Source: Lingula anatina (Eukaryota; Animalia; Brachiopoda). From it: a stretch of 64,000 bases of DNA. Under the pieces are notes generated by a model. The model saw only the letters and a program-made list of their open reading frames with translations, made no database searches and was not told the origin of the DNA. This document shows positions 51,101-63,400 of the stretch, piece after piece. The DNA lies in the NCBI GenBank assembly GCA_051362555.1, contig CM120645.1, positions 15,686,001-15,750,000 of the forward strand, given 5' to 3'. The stretch's first letter is position 1. Each line of letters starts with the position of its first letter. Made by a program: the position numbers and the translations under genes.

Positions 51101-54100
51101 TGCTCAGGAGTGATATCTTGGTAAATGACATTAGGTTTCTGTGGAGTTGGAAATTTATCATCTTTATCTGGTTTGTCACCCTGTTTTCTGTCTTGTCTAG
51201 TTCTTGGCTCTTTGGACTCAGGAGTGACATCTTGGTATGTGATGATGGCTCTCTGTGGGGTTGGAAATTCATCACTGCCTGCTGCTTTATCTTCACCTGG
51301 TCTGTGTTGCCTTCCTTCTCTATCGCCCTCTGGTGTTCTGTCTTCACCTGGCCTACGACGCCTTCTCTCTCTGTCACCCTCTGGTGTTCTGTCATCTTCG
51401 GGTCTATCAAGCCTTCCCTCTCTGTCGCCTTCTGGTGTTCTATCTTCTGGCCTACGACGCCTTCCCTCTCTGTCACCCTCTGGTGTTCTGTCATCTTCCA
51501 GTCTGAGATGCCTTCCCTCTCTGTCGCCTTCTGGTGTTCTATCTTCTGGTCTACGACGCCTTCCCTTTCTGTCAACCTCTTGTGCTTTATTTTCAGGTCT
51601 ATGCAGCCTTCCCTCTCTGTTGTCCTCTAGTGTTCTGTCCTCTCCTGGTCTGTGACGCCTTCCCTCTTTGGCATCTGAAGGTTGTGCAGAAGGTTGTGGC
51701 TGTTTTCTTGCTGAAGGTAATTCATATGCTGTCATAGCCCTCTGTGGGACTGGAAATTCCTCATCAAATCCCTTTTTAGTAGGACTAGAGTCAGGCACCT
51801 TATCTGGCCTTCCCTCATAACTCTGCTTTGCTCGCTGAGGCCTTGGGAAGCTCTGTTCACAAATATAGGGGGCGACACTGTAGCCAACAGGTTCAGATTC
51901 TGCACTGCCTGGAAATGATGTGCTTTGTGGATTTTTATGTAGATACTTGTCTTCATTCACTGGGATTTTCTTATCCATTTGGATGTTTCCCTCCCTTGGT
52001 CTTTTAGGTTCTGGGCTGACACCTTGGTACAAAACAGTTACTTTCTGAGGAGTTGGAAATTCATCATCTCTGTTGTCTGGCCCTTGTCGATCATCCTGGG
52101 GCCTTCCTTGTTGGTCTCTAGGCCTTCTAGGTTCTGGGGTTACATCTTGGTACACCAGAGTCACTTTTTGAGGAGTTGGTAATTCATTATCTCTGTTGTC
52201 TGGTCTTTGCTTTTCATCCTGGGGCCTTCCTTGTTGGTCTCTAGGCCTTCTAGGTTCTGGGGTTACATCTTGGTACACCAGAGTCACTTTTTGAGGAGTT
52301 GGTAATTCATTATCTCTGTTGTCTGGTCTTTGCTTTTCATCCTGGGGCCTTCCTTGTTGTTCTCTAGGCCTTCTAGGTTCTGGGGTTACATCTTGGTACA
52401 AAACAGTTACTTTTTGAGGAGTTGGAAATTCATCATCTCTTTTGTCTGGTCTTTTTCTATCATCCTGGGGCCTTCCTTGTTGGTCTCTAGGCCTTCTAGG
52501 TTCTGGGCTGACATCTTGGTACAAGTCGGTAACTTTCTGGGGAGTTGAAAATTCATCATCTCTGTCATCTGGTCTTTTTCTATCATCCTGGGGCCTTCCT
52601 TGTTGGTCTCTAGGCCTTCTAGGTTCTGGGCTGACATCTTGGTACAAAACAGTTACTTTTTGAGGAGTTGGAAATTCATCTCTGTCATCTGGTCTTTTTC
52701 TACCATCCTGGGGCCTTCCGTGTTGGTCTCTTGGCCTTCTAGCAGGCTCTGGGCTGACATCTTGGTACAAGACGGTAACTTTTTGAGGAGTTGGAAATTC
52801 GTCATCTCTGTTGTCTGGCCCTTGTCTATCATCCTGGGGCTTTCCTTGTTGTTCTCTAGGCCTTCTAGGTTCTGGGGTTACATCTTGGTACAAAACGGTT
52901 ACTTTTTGAGGAGTTGGAAATTCATCATCTCTTTTGTCTGGCCTTTGTCTATCATCCTGGGGCCTTCCTTGTTGGTCTCTAGGCCTTCTAGGTTCTGGGG
53001 TTACATCTTGGTACACCACAGTAATTTCCTCGGGTTTTGGAAATTCACCTCCTCGTCCAGGTCTGTCATTCTGGGGCCTTCCATGTTGATCTCTTGGTTT
53101 TCTAGGTTCTGGAGATACATCTTGGTACAACACAGAGACATTATCGGAAGTTGGAAAGTCATCATCTGGTCTAGGTCTGTCACCATGAGATGGTTTTTGC
53201 CTTTCATCCTGGGGTCTCCTTTGCTGGTCTCTTTGCCTATTAGGTTCCGGGGTTATATCTTGGTACAGGACAGTAACTTTCTGAGGAGTTGGAAACATAT
53301 CATTGTCTGTGCCTGGTCTTTTTGCTGGGTAACTGTTTCCCTTGCCATATTGTTTGTCACCTGGTATACCTGCTTCAGGGGTCATGTCTTGATATGAAAC
53401 AGTAGCTTTCTGAGGGGTTGGAAACTTGTTTTCCCCACCAGTTGGTGGCCTGAAACCACGTGATTCACCTTTCCTGTCTCTGGGTTTCCTGGGCTCTGGA
53501 GTCACATCTTGATATAGGACACTAGCTTTCTGAGGGATTGGAAAAGCATCATCCCCAAAGCCTGGGCTGTCTGTGTAGGGACTTTCTGGCCTTTTTCTCG
53601 GAAGTTCAGGAGTCACATCTTGGTAAAAAATAGCTGCTTTCTGTGGCGTTGGAAATTCATCATCATTCTCTGGACTTCTTTTACCCTTACTAGGACGTCC
53701 TTGTGGTCTACTACGTTTGCCATCCTGTCTATGTTGTGGTAAATATTCCTCCCCTGGGCCTAGTCTATCAGCAGGAAATCTTTCTGGCCCTCTGCCAGGT
53801 GGTTCAGAGATGAAAATTTGGTTTGTGACAGTAGCTACCTGTGGTGTTGAAAAATCATCATCCTTTTCTGGCTTTCCCTTCCCATAAGCTCTGTCATCTT
53901 GTGGTCTTACCTGTCCAACATCTCGTCTGTCGATCTGGGTGCTCGATTCTGGGGTAATATCCTGATACAGTACAGCAGCTTCTCGAGGAATAGGAAACTC
54001 ATCATCTTCTTCACTACCTGGGGTATATTTATGAGGTCTCTTCACCTGGTGTCTGCCTTGTTCATCAACATTTGGAGTAGTATATTGATATGTGACAAAT

Positions 54101-57100
54101 GGTTTTTGTGACGTAGGATATTCCTCATTGCCAGCATCTGGCTTTCGACCCTGGGGTCTGCTTTCTTTTCCCATTGGTTTACCAGACTCTGGGGTGAAAT
54201 CCCGATATGCGATAGTAGCTTTTTGTGGGGTTGGAAACCTATCATCATCAGAGCCAACTCCTTTATCCACAGGTATGCGTTGTTTCACTCTGGTATTTTG
54301 AGGCTCTGGAGTAACAACTTGATATATTATATTTGCTCTCTGTGGTGCAGGAAACTCATTTTCACCATCCCCTGGTCTTTTGTCCTGGGGTTTATACTGT
54401 CTGTCCCCTAGTCTTTTTCTCTCTGGGGTAATATCTTGATACATGACATTTGCTCTCTGTGGCATTGGGAACTCATCATCATCTTTTACTCTTCTGTCTA
54501 CTACAGGGATGTCACTTTGAGGGCCCTGTGGTGTGCCCTTCTCTTTGTCTAATGTTCTAGGCTCTGGGACCATATCTATATATGAAACCATGTGTTTCTG
54601 TGGTACTGGGGACTCAACATACTCATTCAGTTCAGGCTTTTTCTGATAACCAGGTTCTCTATCCCCAGGGATATATTTTCGATCCCTTGGGATTCCACTC
54701 TCAGGGGTGACAACTTCATTCTTCACATTAGCCTTCTGTGGTGCTGGTGACTCATCATCACCATCAGTGCCAGGGCGTGGCCTGTCACCCTGTGGTTTCC
54801 TAGGTGTGTCCTGTGGTTTTAATGGTAAAGCTGAAGCCACCACAATCACCTGCTGGGGTTCTAACACCTCACCCCCTGGTGGGATGAAACTCTGTTCTTT
54901 TCTATCTTTAGGTGTAGGCATTCCCTTACCTTTCTGGCCAGGAACCTGTCCAATACCTTCATATACTCTAGGCTGCCTGACAAGCTTTGGTACTGCTTTT
55001 CCTGGGCCTCTGGGTTTTGCCTTCATATTTGGGCCACTGATGTTCCCAGGCTGGGGCCCAGGTTTTCTATCAACAGGCCCAGAATATGGATGTCCATCAG
55101 GATAATCCTCTTGGTGAATTATATGTACAGGCTGAGATTCAGGTTTTCTATCAGTAGGACCAGAATAAGGATGACCAGCAGGACTCATATCTTGATAAAC
55201 GATGTTCACTGCCTGAGGCCCAGGTCTTTTATCAGTAGGGCGAAAATGTGGATATCTATCTGGGCTCATATCTTGGTGAATGATATTGACCACTTGGGGT
55301 TCAATTTTTCTATCATAAGGAGAAGCACTAGGTATGTCACGTTTTCTACTTTTCTGTGTGATTTCCTGGGGTCTGTTTCTCTCAGTTATATCAGGAACTC
55401 CAACCACCTGTTCCCCAGGGTGTGACCTATCCCTAGGGGTGGGGTGGCCAGGTCTGCCATCTTGGTGAATGATCCGAATTTCCTGTGGCACTGACTGGGG
55501 TGCTTCTTCTGAGGAAATGGGTTCACCTGGAAAGGTCGCCAGCGAAATAACTTGTGGCACCTGTCCCTCCAATTTTGGGGATGGGCGCTGATAATCATGG
55601 TCTTCTTTTGGCCTACCAGTACCTTTAACTGGCTCATCTGGTTCAAAGGAAGCAATTAACCTTTGTGGAGTGGGAAATTCATCATCAAAGGGTGGCACAG
55701 GCTGACCTGCCCTTTGGTCGGGTTTTTGTCTTCCCTTCTCTGGCTGGGGAGGTTTCACTTCACTTTTAAATGACTGTGCAGGAATCTCCATTGACTTAGT
55801 GCTAATTGGAACATCTGGGTGGCCAGAGTATGGTATCCAGTCATAGTCTGGGGCACCTGATCCTGGAGAAACAGTACTGGGGCTTTTGGTATCTGGTTTT
55901 CTTGATGCTGGAGATTCTAAACCACTTTTTGGTTTCTTCAACGGTTGCTGTGCTTTTTTAGGGATGTCACAATGACGAGTTAAGGAAGCCTGTTGGGGTT
56001 CTGGAAAATCACTCTCAAACCCTGGTTTATCAGAACCCAATTGGATTTTCTGTGGGACGGGTAAACTCTCTTCATGCACAAAAGGTTCCACACAAAATCT
56101 CATTGGTTCTGATTCTTTAAGCATTTCAGGTTTACCTTTCAAATCCTTTTCTATGACATTTGGAGGCTGCTTGGTCTCTTGTTGTTTGTCAGGAGGTTGC
56201 TGGCCAGACTTACTGGCATCAGGTTTCTTTTTACCAGGTTCAGCAGGGACCCATTGGGCTTTTTGTGGGGAAGGAAATATTTCATCCTCAGCAATGGGCT
56301 TCATGTTAATCAGCAGGGGCTCTTGTACTTTAACACCATCAACACCTTTGGTATCTGTTTTTGGGGGTACCTCAGTGCCTGCAGGGGTTGGACCCGGAGA
56401 CTTAGAGAATACAGGTATCAAGTTTGGCTGATCTGGTTTACCAGGAGGGGTCGGATACAAACCAGGCCCATCTTCAAAATCAATTGGCACAATTTGAAAT
56501 TTGAGTGTTTCTGGTGGACGTTTTGGGAAACTGGAGAGTGAATCAGAAATGTTAGTTGTATATGTCTTCCGCGTCTCGGTGATTTTTTGTATGATCTGTG
56601 AGGACGGCAATGACATACGCCTCTCCACTAGTCTGACTGGGATATTCACATCAAATATATCCTGGCCTTGACTATAGGGGGCAGCAGTAGTACTATCACG
56701 CTGTAAAGGAAGAGTGTAGTACCTCTCTTGAACATTTTCTGAAAGTGATGTTTGCAAATTTGAAGTTGGACCAGTTTTAAATACCCCTGGTGAAGTAGAC
56801 TGCCCAATGGGTAAAACATAGAAACTTCTCCCTAAATTTTGAACTTGGGGTGGACTTGTGCCCTGTGTCACAGTTCTGCGTACCCTGCGAGTCGTGGTTT
56901 TAGTCCTTTTGGTCTGAGTTCCAGTATCGGGATTGTACTCTATGGAGCAAGTTTGGGTTTCCTCCACAGGGTGACTATTTCCATCAGCCAGGTGCTCCGT
57001 ATGAAAGCGCTGAATTTCTGAAGACGGGAGAGAGTATCTCCGCAGAAAATGCCTCTGTGTTCTGTTCTCTGTGACATATCTTCTTGTGGTCGTAGAAGAC

Positions 57101-60100
57101 TCTCTGACTGTAGTTGTTGTGGTTTTCACAGATGCCATGATGTGAACTGTTTCCTATAAAAGCTGTCTGATGTTTCTCTTTTCTATATTATTAAGAAGTG
57201 TTGCAAAAAAGTCAAAAAAATTACCACAAGTACAAATTGTACATTGCCTGTCTGCCCAGTCTGTTATGCTGATAGAGTCTAACTCTCATAAGGCTACCAA
57301 TGCTGAACATGAAAAGCCTCCTCTTTAACACGAATAAGTACAAGTAAACATTGTAGCTGTATAGAGCAGGGTTATCTCCAGCAAAAACCCCAGCATTCCT
57401 GTCTGTATAACTGAGAGATACTGTTGCCAGTGCGGCTCAAAGAAAGTTCTACTTCATCGTCTTCCTCTCACACAAGACTAAATCACCTTGTATTTATGTG
57501 GGCTGAGGGAGTCACTCTCTGTTTAAGCCTGAGCCAGAAATACATACTTCAACAAGCTCCAGGAATTCAAAGGTTAAACTAAAAAACGGCTCAAAACACC
57601 ATCTCCAAGTTTAGGCAAAATTACACTTCAATGATGACTCAGGCTAACATTCCCTGGAGAAACTGCGAAGATTTAAGTCGTTAGATGCTAGAACTGACAA
57701 GATATTCTCAAGTCTCGGGTTTTTTCGTGATGCAATTTATAGATCACTGTAATTAACTGTGCCATGGATTTCCCTTGATTACATGTTCAGATGCTGCGTA
57801 TTTTTAGAGAGTGAGCCGAGAATCCTGCGGTGAACTGGCTAGGAGTATCTTCACCTGGAAATGTCATGGCTTGTTTAACAGAAGGTGGGGGGAAGTTAAG
57901 GGGAGAATTGCCTCCTCAGACCTTTTCTATCTCAGCAAGAACATCCCCATCCCCGCCGGATCCACTTTGTTTGAGCACTTAGTAAAATGACAGCTACGCT
58001 TATAATGTAGTACATTATGACGTTAAATATAAGATGAATCAAATAAAAGGGAGACAACTTCTAGAATCTACCTGGCAGTTCCAGCAAAGAATCAATCAGT
58101 ACCTGTAGGACTTGAGCCAAAGCTGTAGCATTCTTGGAATTCCTACCAGGTAAGTCTGTGGGATGAGTTTAAGCACATAATTCAAAATAATATCATTCCC
58201 AAGTAGGTGGTTAATGTATCTGTGGGGTACAAAATAACACCTCTTGAGACATTCGCCAACACCTACTAACGTAAGTTTTACAGTAAATTATCATTCTAAG
58301 TGTTTAATAGCTTTACAAACACCCAGTTGGAAATGCTAGGCAAGGTACATTTGTTTTCATTAAACTGTAATATTACTCTTATGTATCAGCAGCATACTTT
58401 TCAAAAATGAACCTAGGGTCAACTGCTGTTTATCATTACACTTATTTTTCTACTGGGTGAATTCTTGCAAATGACGATTCCTCTAAGAGCAATTATGAAA
58501 TTTCAATACAAAATATGCTTTTAGAAAACCTGTCATGCTAAGTGTTTTTTCGCTGATCACAACCTCAATGCTTTAGCAATTTAAAAACACAACACTGGGT
58601 TTTAAATAACTTTATTTTCAATTAAAAACCTGACACAAGTTACAAAAACGTAGAGGGGAGAAACTTCAAAACACCGTTAAGCACTGATGCAAAGATGAAC
58701 AGAAGAGGCTACATCTGGATACTGCAAGACTTGTACAGGAAAAGAGCTACAAGAAAAAACGCTGTTGGTTTTGAATGCTCCACCCATGGTCTGAAGGCAG
58801 ATGATGATTTATAGAGAGCACCGTATGACCCATCACTCCATGCTGGTAGTCTGTAGCTAATAGGCTTATTCATTCATATAGCATTACTCAATGCTTCAGC
58901 ATGAATGATAAACTACAGTGCCTTCAAAAAGGATGTAAAATTTTGTCATCTTTTTAGTCTTTTTTCATGTTCTTTTGCTGTTAGAAAAATATGGCATGTA
59001 ATAGATAATTTGTTAAATTTTATCTTATAAACCAGAGGTATTTGAGGCCTGTATGTTATAAAACAAAAATACAGTTCATTATAAAAACAAAAACAAAGCA
59101 ATATTGATTCTAATAAATAATAAATTCTGTATGTGCTGCTTCAGATTTTTCCTTATTTTCTTTTTCTAAGTTCTGATGGATACCAAGTATTTCCTTTTCC
59201 CTTTCGTTTCATTACAACAAAATGGGTGCTAATGAATAAATAAACCAACAAATACTGTATGTGCTATTTATTCAATTATAGATTATTTTCCTACTTTCAG
59301 GTAAGATTGGATGTACTTGGATATCAAGTACAAATGGCTTGAAAATACATCTGCATGTCTATCAAAGGTTAAGCATCAATTTCTAACTTCAATTTATATA
59401 GTTTTTTCCATGTACTGATCCTATTGAGATATTTACAAAAAAACAGTATTCTGAATTAACATGGACAAGGAAAAAACTAATAATGAGACTGACAAAAATA
59501 ATCTGAAAGATATATCTGCCACTGTAGTCTAAAACAACGCTGATTCAGACAGATAAAATTCATTAGTCTAGCATTTAAATAAAAAAACTGCCAATAAAAC
59601 AGTGTAATGAGCAAATGCCAGCAAGATGATATATTGAAATATAATGAAAGATGCAGAAATATAGAAAACCAGGTACAAAAGTCAAATATACACATATGAA
59701 ACACATACTGCTATACCACACTCCTTCACAGACACACATATCATACAAATATACCTGTGTGCTATAGTGTTTTGCTATTTATTATCATAATATAAATCAG
59801 TCTAGCACAAATATATCAGAAACACCAACCAAATATATGTGTAGCACAAAGACTTTAACAAAAAGCATGCCGGGTCTAAGATGAATACATTTCAGGTGAT
59901 TTGCTCACATTCATAGCACACAGTAAAACATGGGGTGTATATTTATGACATGTAACCTATACAAATAAAATGCATCTATCACCTACCTGCTGCAAGGGTG
60001 ATCCAGAAATATATACCATGACAAAGATCTCATACGTATACATACCCACATACAGCTATGTAATTATACAAGCTGGCACCATTTTTACCATTCTATTCAT

Positions 60101-60435
60101 ATACATTACAAACAAATATATGTATTCACATATACGTACATTATACAAATACACTTCACTTTCATATACCTATACATATACACACATATATACGACATAT
60201 ACAGTCATATACTTTACACAGACATATATACATATACCACATATATTATATAGATTCCTACCTGCAATCTGTGCTGTGAATGGTGAGCCAGAGATGTGTT
60301 TGTTGTCAAACTTCACCGCAATCTGGTACTCTCCCGGAGCTGTGGGGTAGTAGCACACGGAGCACGTGCCATCTTTATTGTCCTTGCAGACAATCTCTGC
60401 TTTAGACGGACCCTCTACTGCCAGTGACAGGCCTC
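25046..60435 (-). CDS. FLN: Filamin, 3' half (Ig repeats 17-24); the gene continues beyond the window
   Basis: 14 phase-compatible exons encoding filamin Ig repeats ([74 protein letters not shown]); repeat numbering is by similarity to human FLNA from memory. Confidence 0.97.
25744..25935 (-). CDS. FLN: Filamin exon (hinge 2 and start of Ig24)
   Basis: [16 protein letters not shown]...FSVDTKDAG; AG / gtgag. Confidence 0.93.
28349..28505. mobile_element. Short MITE with degenerate TIRs
   Basis: ccctatccagaatagggg ... cccccttttctgaatgggg. Confidence 0.4.
29731..29949 (-). CDS. FLN: Filamin exon (Ig23)
   Basis: [23 protein letters not shown]...[14 protein letters not shown]. Confidence 0.95.
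30325..30495 (-). CDS. FLN: Filamin exon (Ig22/23)
   Basis: [30 protein letters not shown]...[12 protein letters not shown]. Confidence 0.95.
30777..30897 (-). CDS. FLN: Filamin exon (Ig22) with GC donor
   Basis: [40 protein letters not shown]; ends gaag|gcaagg. Confidence 0.88.
31217..31347 (-). CDS. FLN: Filamin exon (Ig21/22)
   Basis: [20 protein letters not shown]...[11 protein letters not shown]. Confidence 0.95.
31711..31848 (-). CDS. FLN: Filamin exon (Ig21)
   Basis: [40 protein letters not shown]. Confidence 0.95.
32189..32290 (-). CDS. FLN: Filamin exon (Ig20/21)
   Basis: [33 protein letters not shown]. Confidence 0.95.
32601..32765 (-). CDS. FLN: Filamin exon (Ig20)
   Basis: [11 protein letters not shown]...[26 protein letters not shown]. 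Confidence 0.95.
32767..33165. repeat. 55-bp minisatellite, about 7 copies
   Basis: Unit tacaattactgtacaataacatgacaatgtgatggtacaaaactatgtgtgaaga starting at 32767, 32822, 32877, 32932, 32987, 33042 and 33097. Confidence 0.95.
33403..33531 (-). CDS. FLN: Filamin exon (Ig19/20)
   Basis: [11 protein letters not shown]...[15 protein letters not shown]. Confidence 0.95.
34196..34290. mobile_element. Tiny Harbinger-like MITE
   Basis: TIRs aggtcgcgtttacactg / cagtgtaaatgcgacct with CAA on both flanks. Confidence 0.6.
36152..36332. mobile_element. MITE / fold-back element
   Basis: cattcagaacagcggactaacagatccacggatcaaatatggc and its reverse complement at about 36287-36330. Confidence 0.7.
37229..37381 (-). 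CDS. FLN: Filamin exon (Ig19)
   Basis: [51 protein letters not shown]. Confidence 0.95.
41747..41828 (-). CDS. Candidate alternative first coding exon of a short filamin isoform
   Basis: [27 protein letters not shown] plus 1 nt; donor gtgagt; phase 1 matches the exon at 37381. Confidence 0.35.
45038..45136. repeat. Compound (GT)n(GA)n(G)n microsatellite
   Basis: Direct reading. Confidence 0.95.
47928..48131 (-). CDS. FLN: Filamin exon (Ig18/19)
   Basis: [27 protein letters not shown]...FTVNTKDAG. Confidence 0.95.
49176..49334 (-). CDS. FLN: Filamin exon (Ig18)
   Basis: [14 protein letters not shown]...[20 protein letters not shown]. Confidence 0.95.
50481..57138 (-). CDS. FLN: Giant alternative filamin exon, about 2,219 aa of P/Q/E/D/R-rich disordered repeat protein
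   Basis: Uninterrupted 6.7-kb ORF on the filamin strand; ATG in atcATGg context; donor gcag|gtaacc at 50481 in phase 1, matching the Ig18 exon; the ORF tail beyond the donor looks intronic. Confidence 0.8.
51290..51670 (-). repeat. Coding repeat of 16-17 aa ([16 protein letters not shown]), about 7-8 copies
   Basis: Visible in the translation and in the DNA (ccttccctctctgtc.ccctctggtgttct). Confidence 0.9.
52005..53130 (-). repeat. Coding 123-bp (41-aa) tandem repeat [38 protein letters not shown], about 9 copies
   Basis: Period of 123 nt (e.g. gttctgggg at 52131 and 52254). Confidence 0.93.
60262..60435 (-). CDS. FLN: Filamin exon (Ig17)
   Basis: [58 protein letters not shown]; donor gtagga, phase 1. 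Confidence 0.95.
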
Positions 60436-63400
60436 CTAGAATGGCGAAACAGAGATGTTTGAAAACAATGGTTAACTGCTTGAAAACAGCAATATGACAT
60501 AAAATATTACTGAATGGTGTGGAGTTTCTTTATAAACTAAGGAGGTTACTGATTCCACATTAATATGAAGGTAGTTTTAGTTGATTCTCTGGTAAAAAAA
60601 GGATTTTTATTATTTATGAAAAGGAATAAGTTGATTTAGTATGTCAAGCCTTGTTTGTGTTATTGATCAAAAATAAATAGCCCTTGTTATATCTAATCAG
60701 CCCTTGTTACCAATATACCTCTAAACCATAGATAAAGGCAACATAATGAACAGGCTGCATATGAATGCCTGCTTATACACAATTTCATATAGTTTAGTTT
60801 TGAAGTTTGCATATGATCTAGATGTGTATTCATGTAGATACACATATGCACTTATTTGCACACATATGCATGATCGTAGGCACACATGTATATATGTGAC
60901 TTTTACTAGCTTTATGATGAAACACTTTATCTTATATTTGTACAAATACTTGTACAAACTGTCAACAAAAACTGCTACATTAATTTTTAAACACTTATGA
61001 CAGTCTTACCTGGAAACCCTAGTTTAACAAATTCTGATTTTCCCATAGAAGCTACATGATACATCCTATCCTATGTGTGACATTCCTAACTGTAGACATC
61101 TGTGTCTTTATGTGTCAGTGTAAGATACTTCCAACGCACCAAGGATTTTCCAAGAAAGTCATTACATTTTCCCCAAAACAACCGTACCATGTTTCTATTT
61201 CAGATCCTTTGAGTAGTTCTCATATATTAATATTAAAAAGTTTCAAAAGGTACCATTCATTCACTCTTGCTGCAATATCTGAGAGAACAGAAGTTAAACA
61301 AAATTTAAGTCTGAACCTAGATGAAAAGATGCAACAGCAGTGGCCACAGCTGAGAAATCTATCCTTATGCAGTGATACAATTGTCTTCAGCAGTGAACTT
61401 GAAAACAATTAAATAAAGCTGTCTCACAAATAAACTGAGACAATTGACCCACAGAAAAACACTGTCTAGCTGTCTTCATCGCCACTCCCAATACCATAAT
61501 AGGATAACCCATGCATTCAGTCTGTGCATGCAAGGGGGGAGAGGGTGTGAACAGCCATAAATCTGGCTGGCCTCGTGGTCAATGAGATAGGTAAGTGGTC
61601 AGTGTGCCTCAGGACATCAGTTTAACCCAACTGGACATTAAGTCGGGAGGAAATTGACCAAAACTTAGTGGTCAGTCTGCAGCCAAACTGGACACACATC
61701 CCATCTGATTTTGTCTTTGTTTACCAATACTGTTCAAAAATGATTATTGCAATATCCAAAGTTGATGGTCTTGCAAAGTTAAGAGGTAGGTCACTTAGCC
61801 CAAGGATGGCGATCTGGACATAAATGTGGTCACTCAATGGTTAGAAAGCCGTTTGGTCACCACATCCTTTGACAGAACTGGACATGCATTTGGATTGTTG
61901 CTGTTGATACTATTGTAATCTGACGTGAGATGGGAAGTGGGTTAATACCACACCTTGAATTAGGCAGGTGAATTCAGTAGAAGCTGGACTGTATTTCTTG
62001 TCCTTTCACAAAGATTTCACTGCAGAAATGGTGAATCAACGTCCATAAATCTGAGCACTCAATGAAACACCACTGGTCACCAAACTGGACATGAATTCAG
62101 GAAAATCAAAATGCTATGAACTAGACAACCAGTCTGCCACCTTAAATACCACGCCTTCCTTCTGGTAATTATTTCTGTTAACTGGACATTCCAATGGGAT
62201 GAAATATTAGATAAACTTGTGTTTGATATCATGTGATACCTGACCCAATCCTGATCTCTTCAACTAGATTAATAGGTGAGATATATAATTATCCGTCTGT
62301 GAGCCAAAATAATATTAATAACCTTCCTCTTTTGCTATCAATTTCTCCCTGTCAGGAAAAGTTACATATCGCTTGGTCTAAATATGGAGCTAATTTTACT
62401 GCGGGTAAAATTGTTTGTCTTCAATGAGAATAATAAATATGCCCCATATATGTTGAAACTTCAGTGTAGAGCATTCAAACTACCAGCAGGTTTTCCCCAC
62501 ATATGTATGGATGGTTTGGGTGAATTCTAATGTATAAAGGTTTTGTAGGATATAAAAGTGCATATCCATTCTAACCAAATTGATAAAAAATAAATAAATA
62601 AATAAACAATACTAAAATTTAACAGCAAACAAGTCCATAAATTTTACTTTATGCATAGAAAAAAAATAAACATTTTTTATCAACCCTGGGTTTATATATC
62701 AGCGCACCACCCCACCCCACCCACTTTTCTTTCTCTTCAAGCTATCATTTAGAGAGCAATCAAGTTCTCCAGCTGTAAGGTATGAGCAGTATTATATCTG
62801 TATACTCTGAAAGTGCATGCTGAGATATTATGTAGGGAAATATTGGTAATATCCATATTTATCCTGGAAAGGAGAAAGGAAGGAGAAACAAGGTAATGCA
62901 ATATAATGGTAGGTTTCTTTTATACAAATAAATAGCTATATTGGGAAGGTTATAGGTGAAGACATGGGGTATATTTCTGACACAACCTCATTTGAAGTTC
63001 ACAGACATTTAATAATTTTGGTGTTATATAACAGGAACCAAAAATTAAGTAGCCCCACCAGGTAAATTACAATGAAAGCCCTGTAATTATTGTAGCATAT
63101 AGCGCATTTATCGACAAACCCCTCCCAATTGTTGTAAGTGGTTTGAAAGCCCCTGGCCCCATAGCTGTTAGGTAACTATTAATACATATTGGGTAGGAAG
63201 AAAGAAATACAAGTATTAATATATGCTGATCCATGCTTTGTTCTCTGCCTTCCATATAATATGATAGTTCGTATTATTCGAAAATAAAATAAATGAAGAA
63301 TATAAATAAAACAAGGCACAGTAAGCAATGATAAAGGTAGAGGAGAGGAGGGAATTTGTATGTCTCGTGTATTTGCATGCTTGAATATCTACTATTCTGC

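Noticed and set aside
50430-57021. Many overlapping ORFs on the + strand and in alternative frames
   Set aside because: Shadows of the repetitive giant exon
59987-60031. Possible 45-nt cassette exon, or an echo of the Ig17 exon end (ISGSP..cag|gtaggt)
   Set aside because: Poor acceptor and only short similarity; cannot be told from chance
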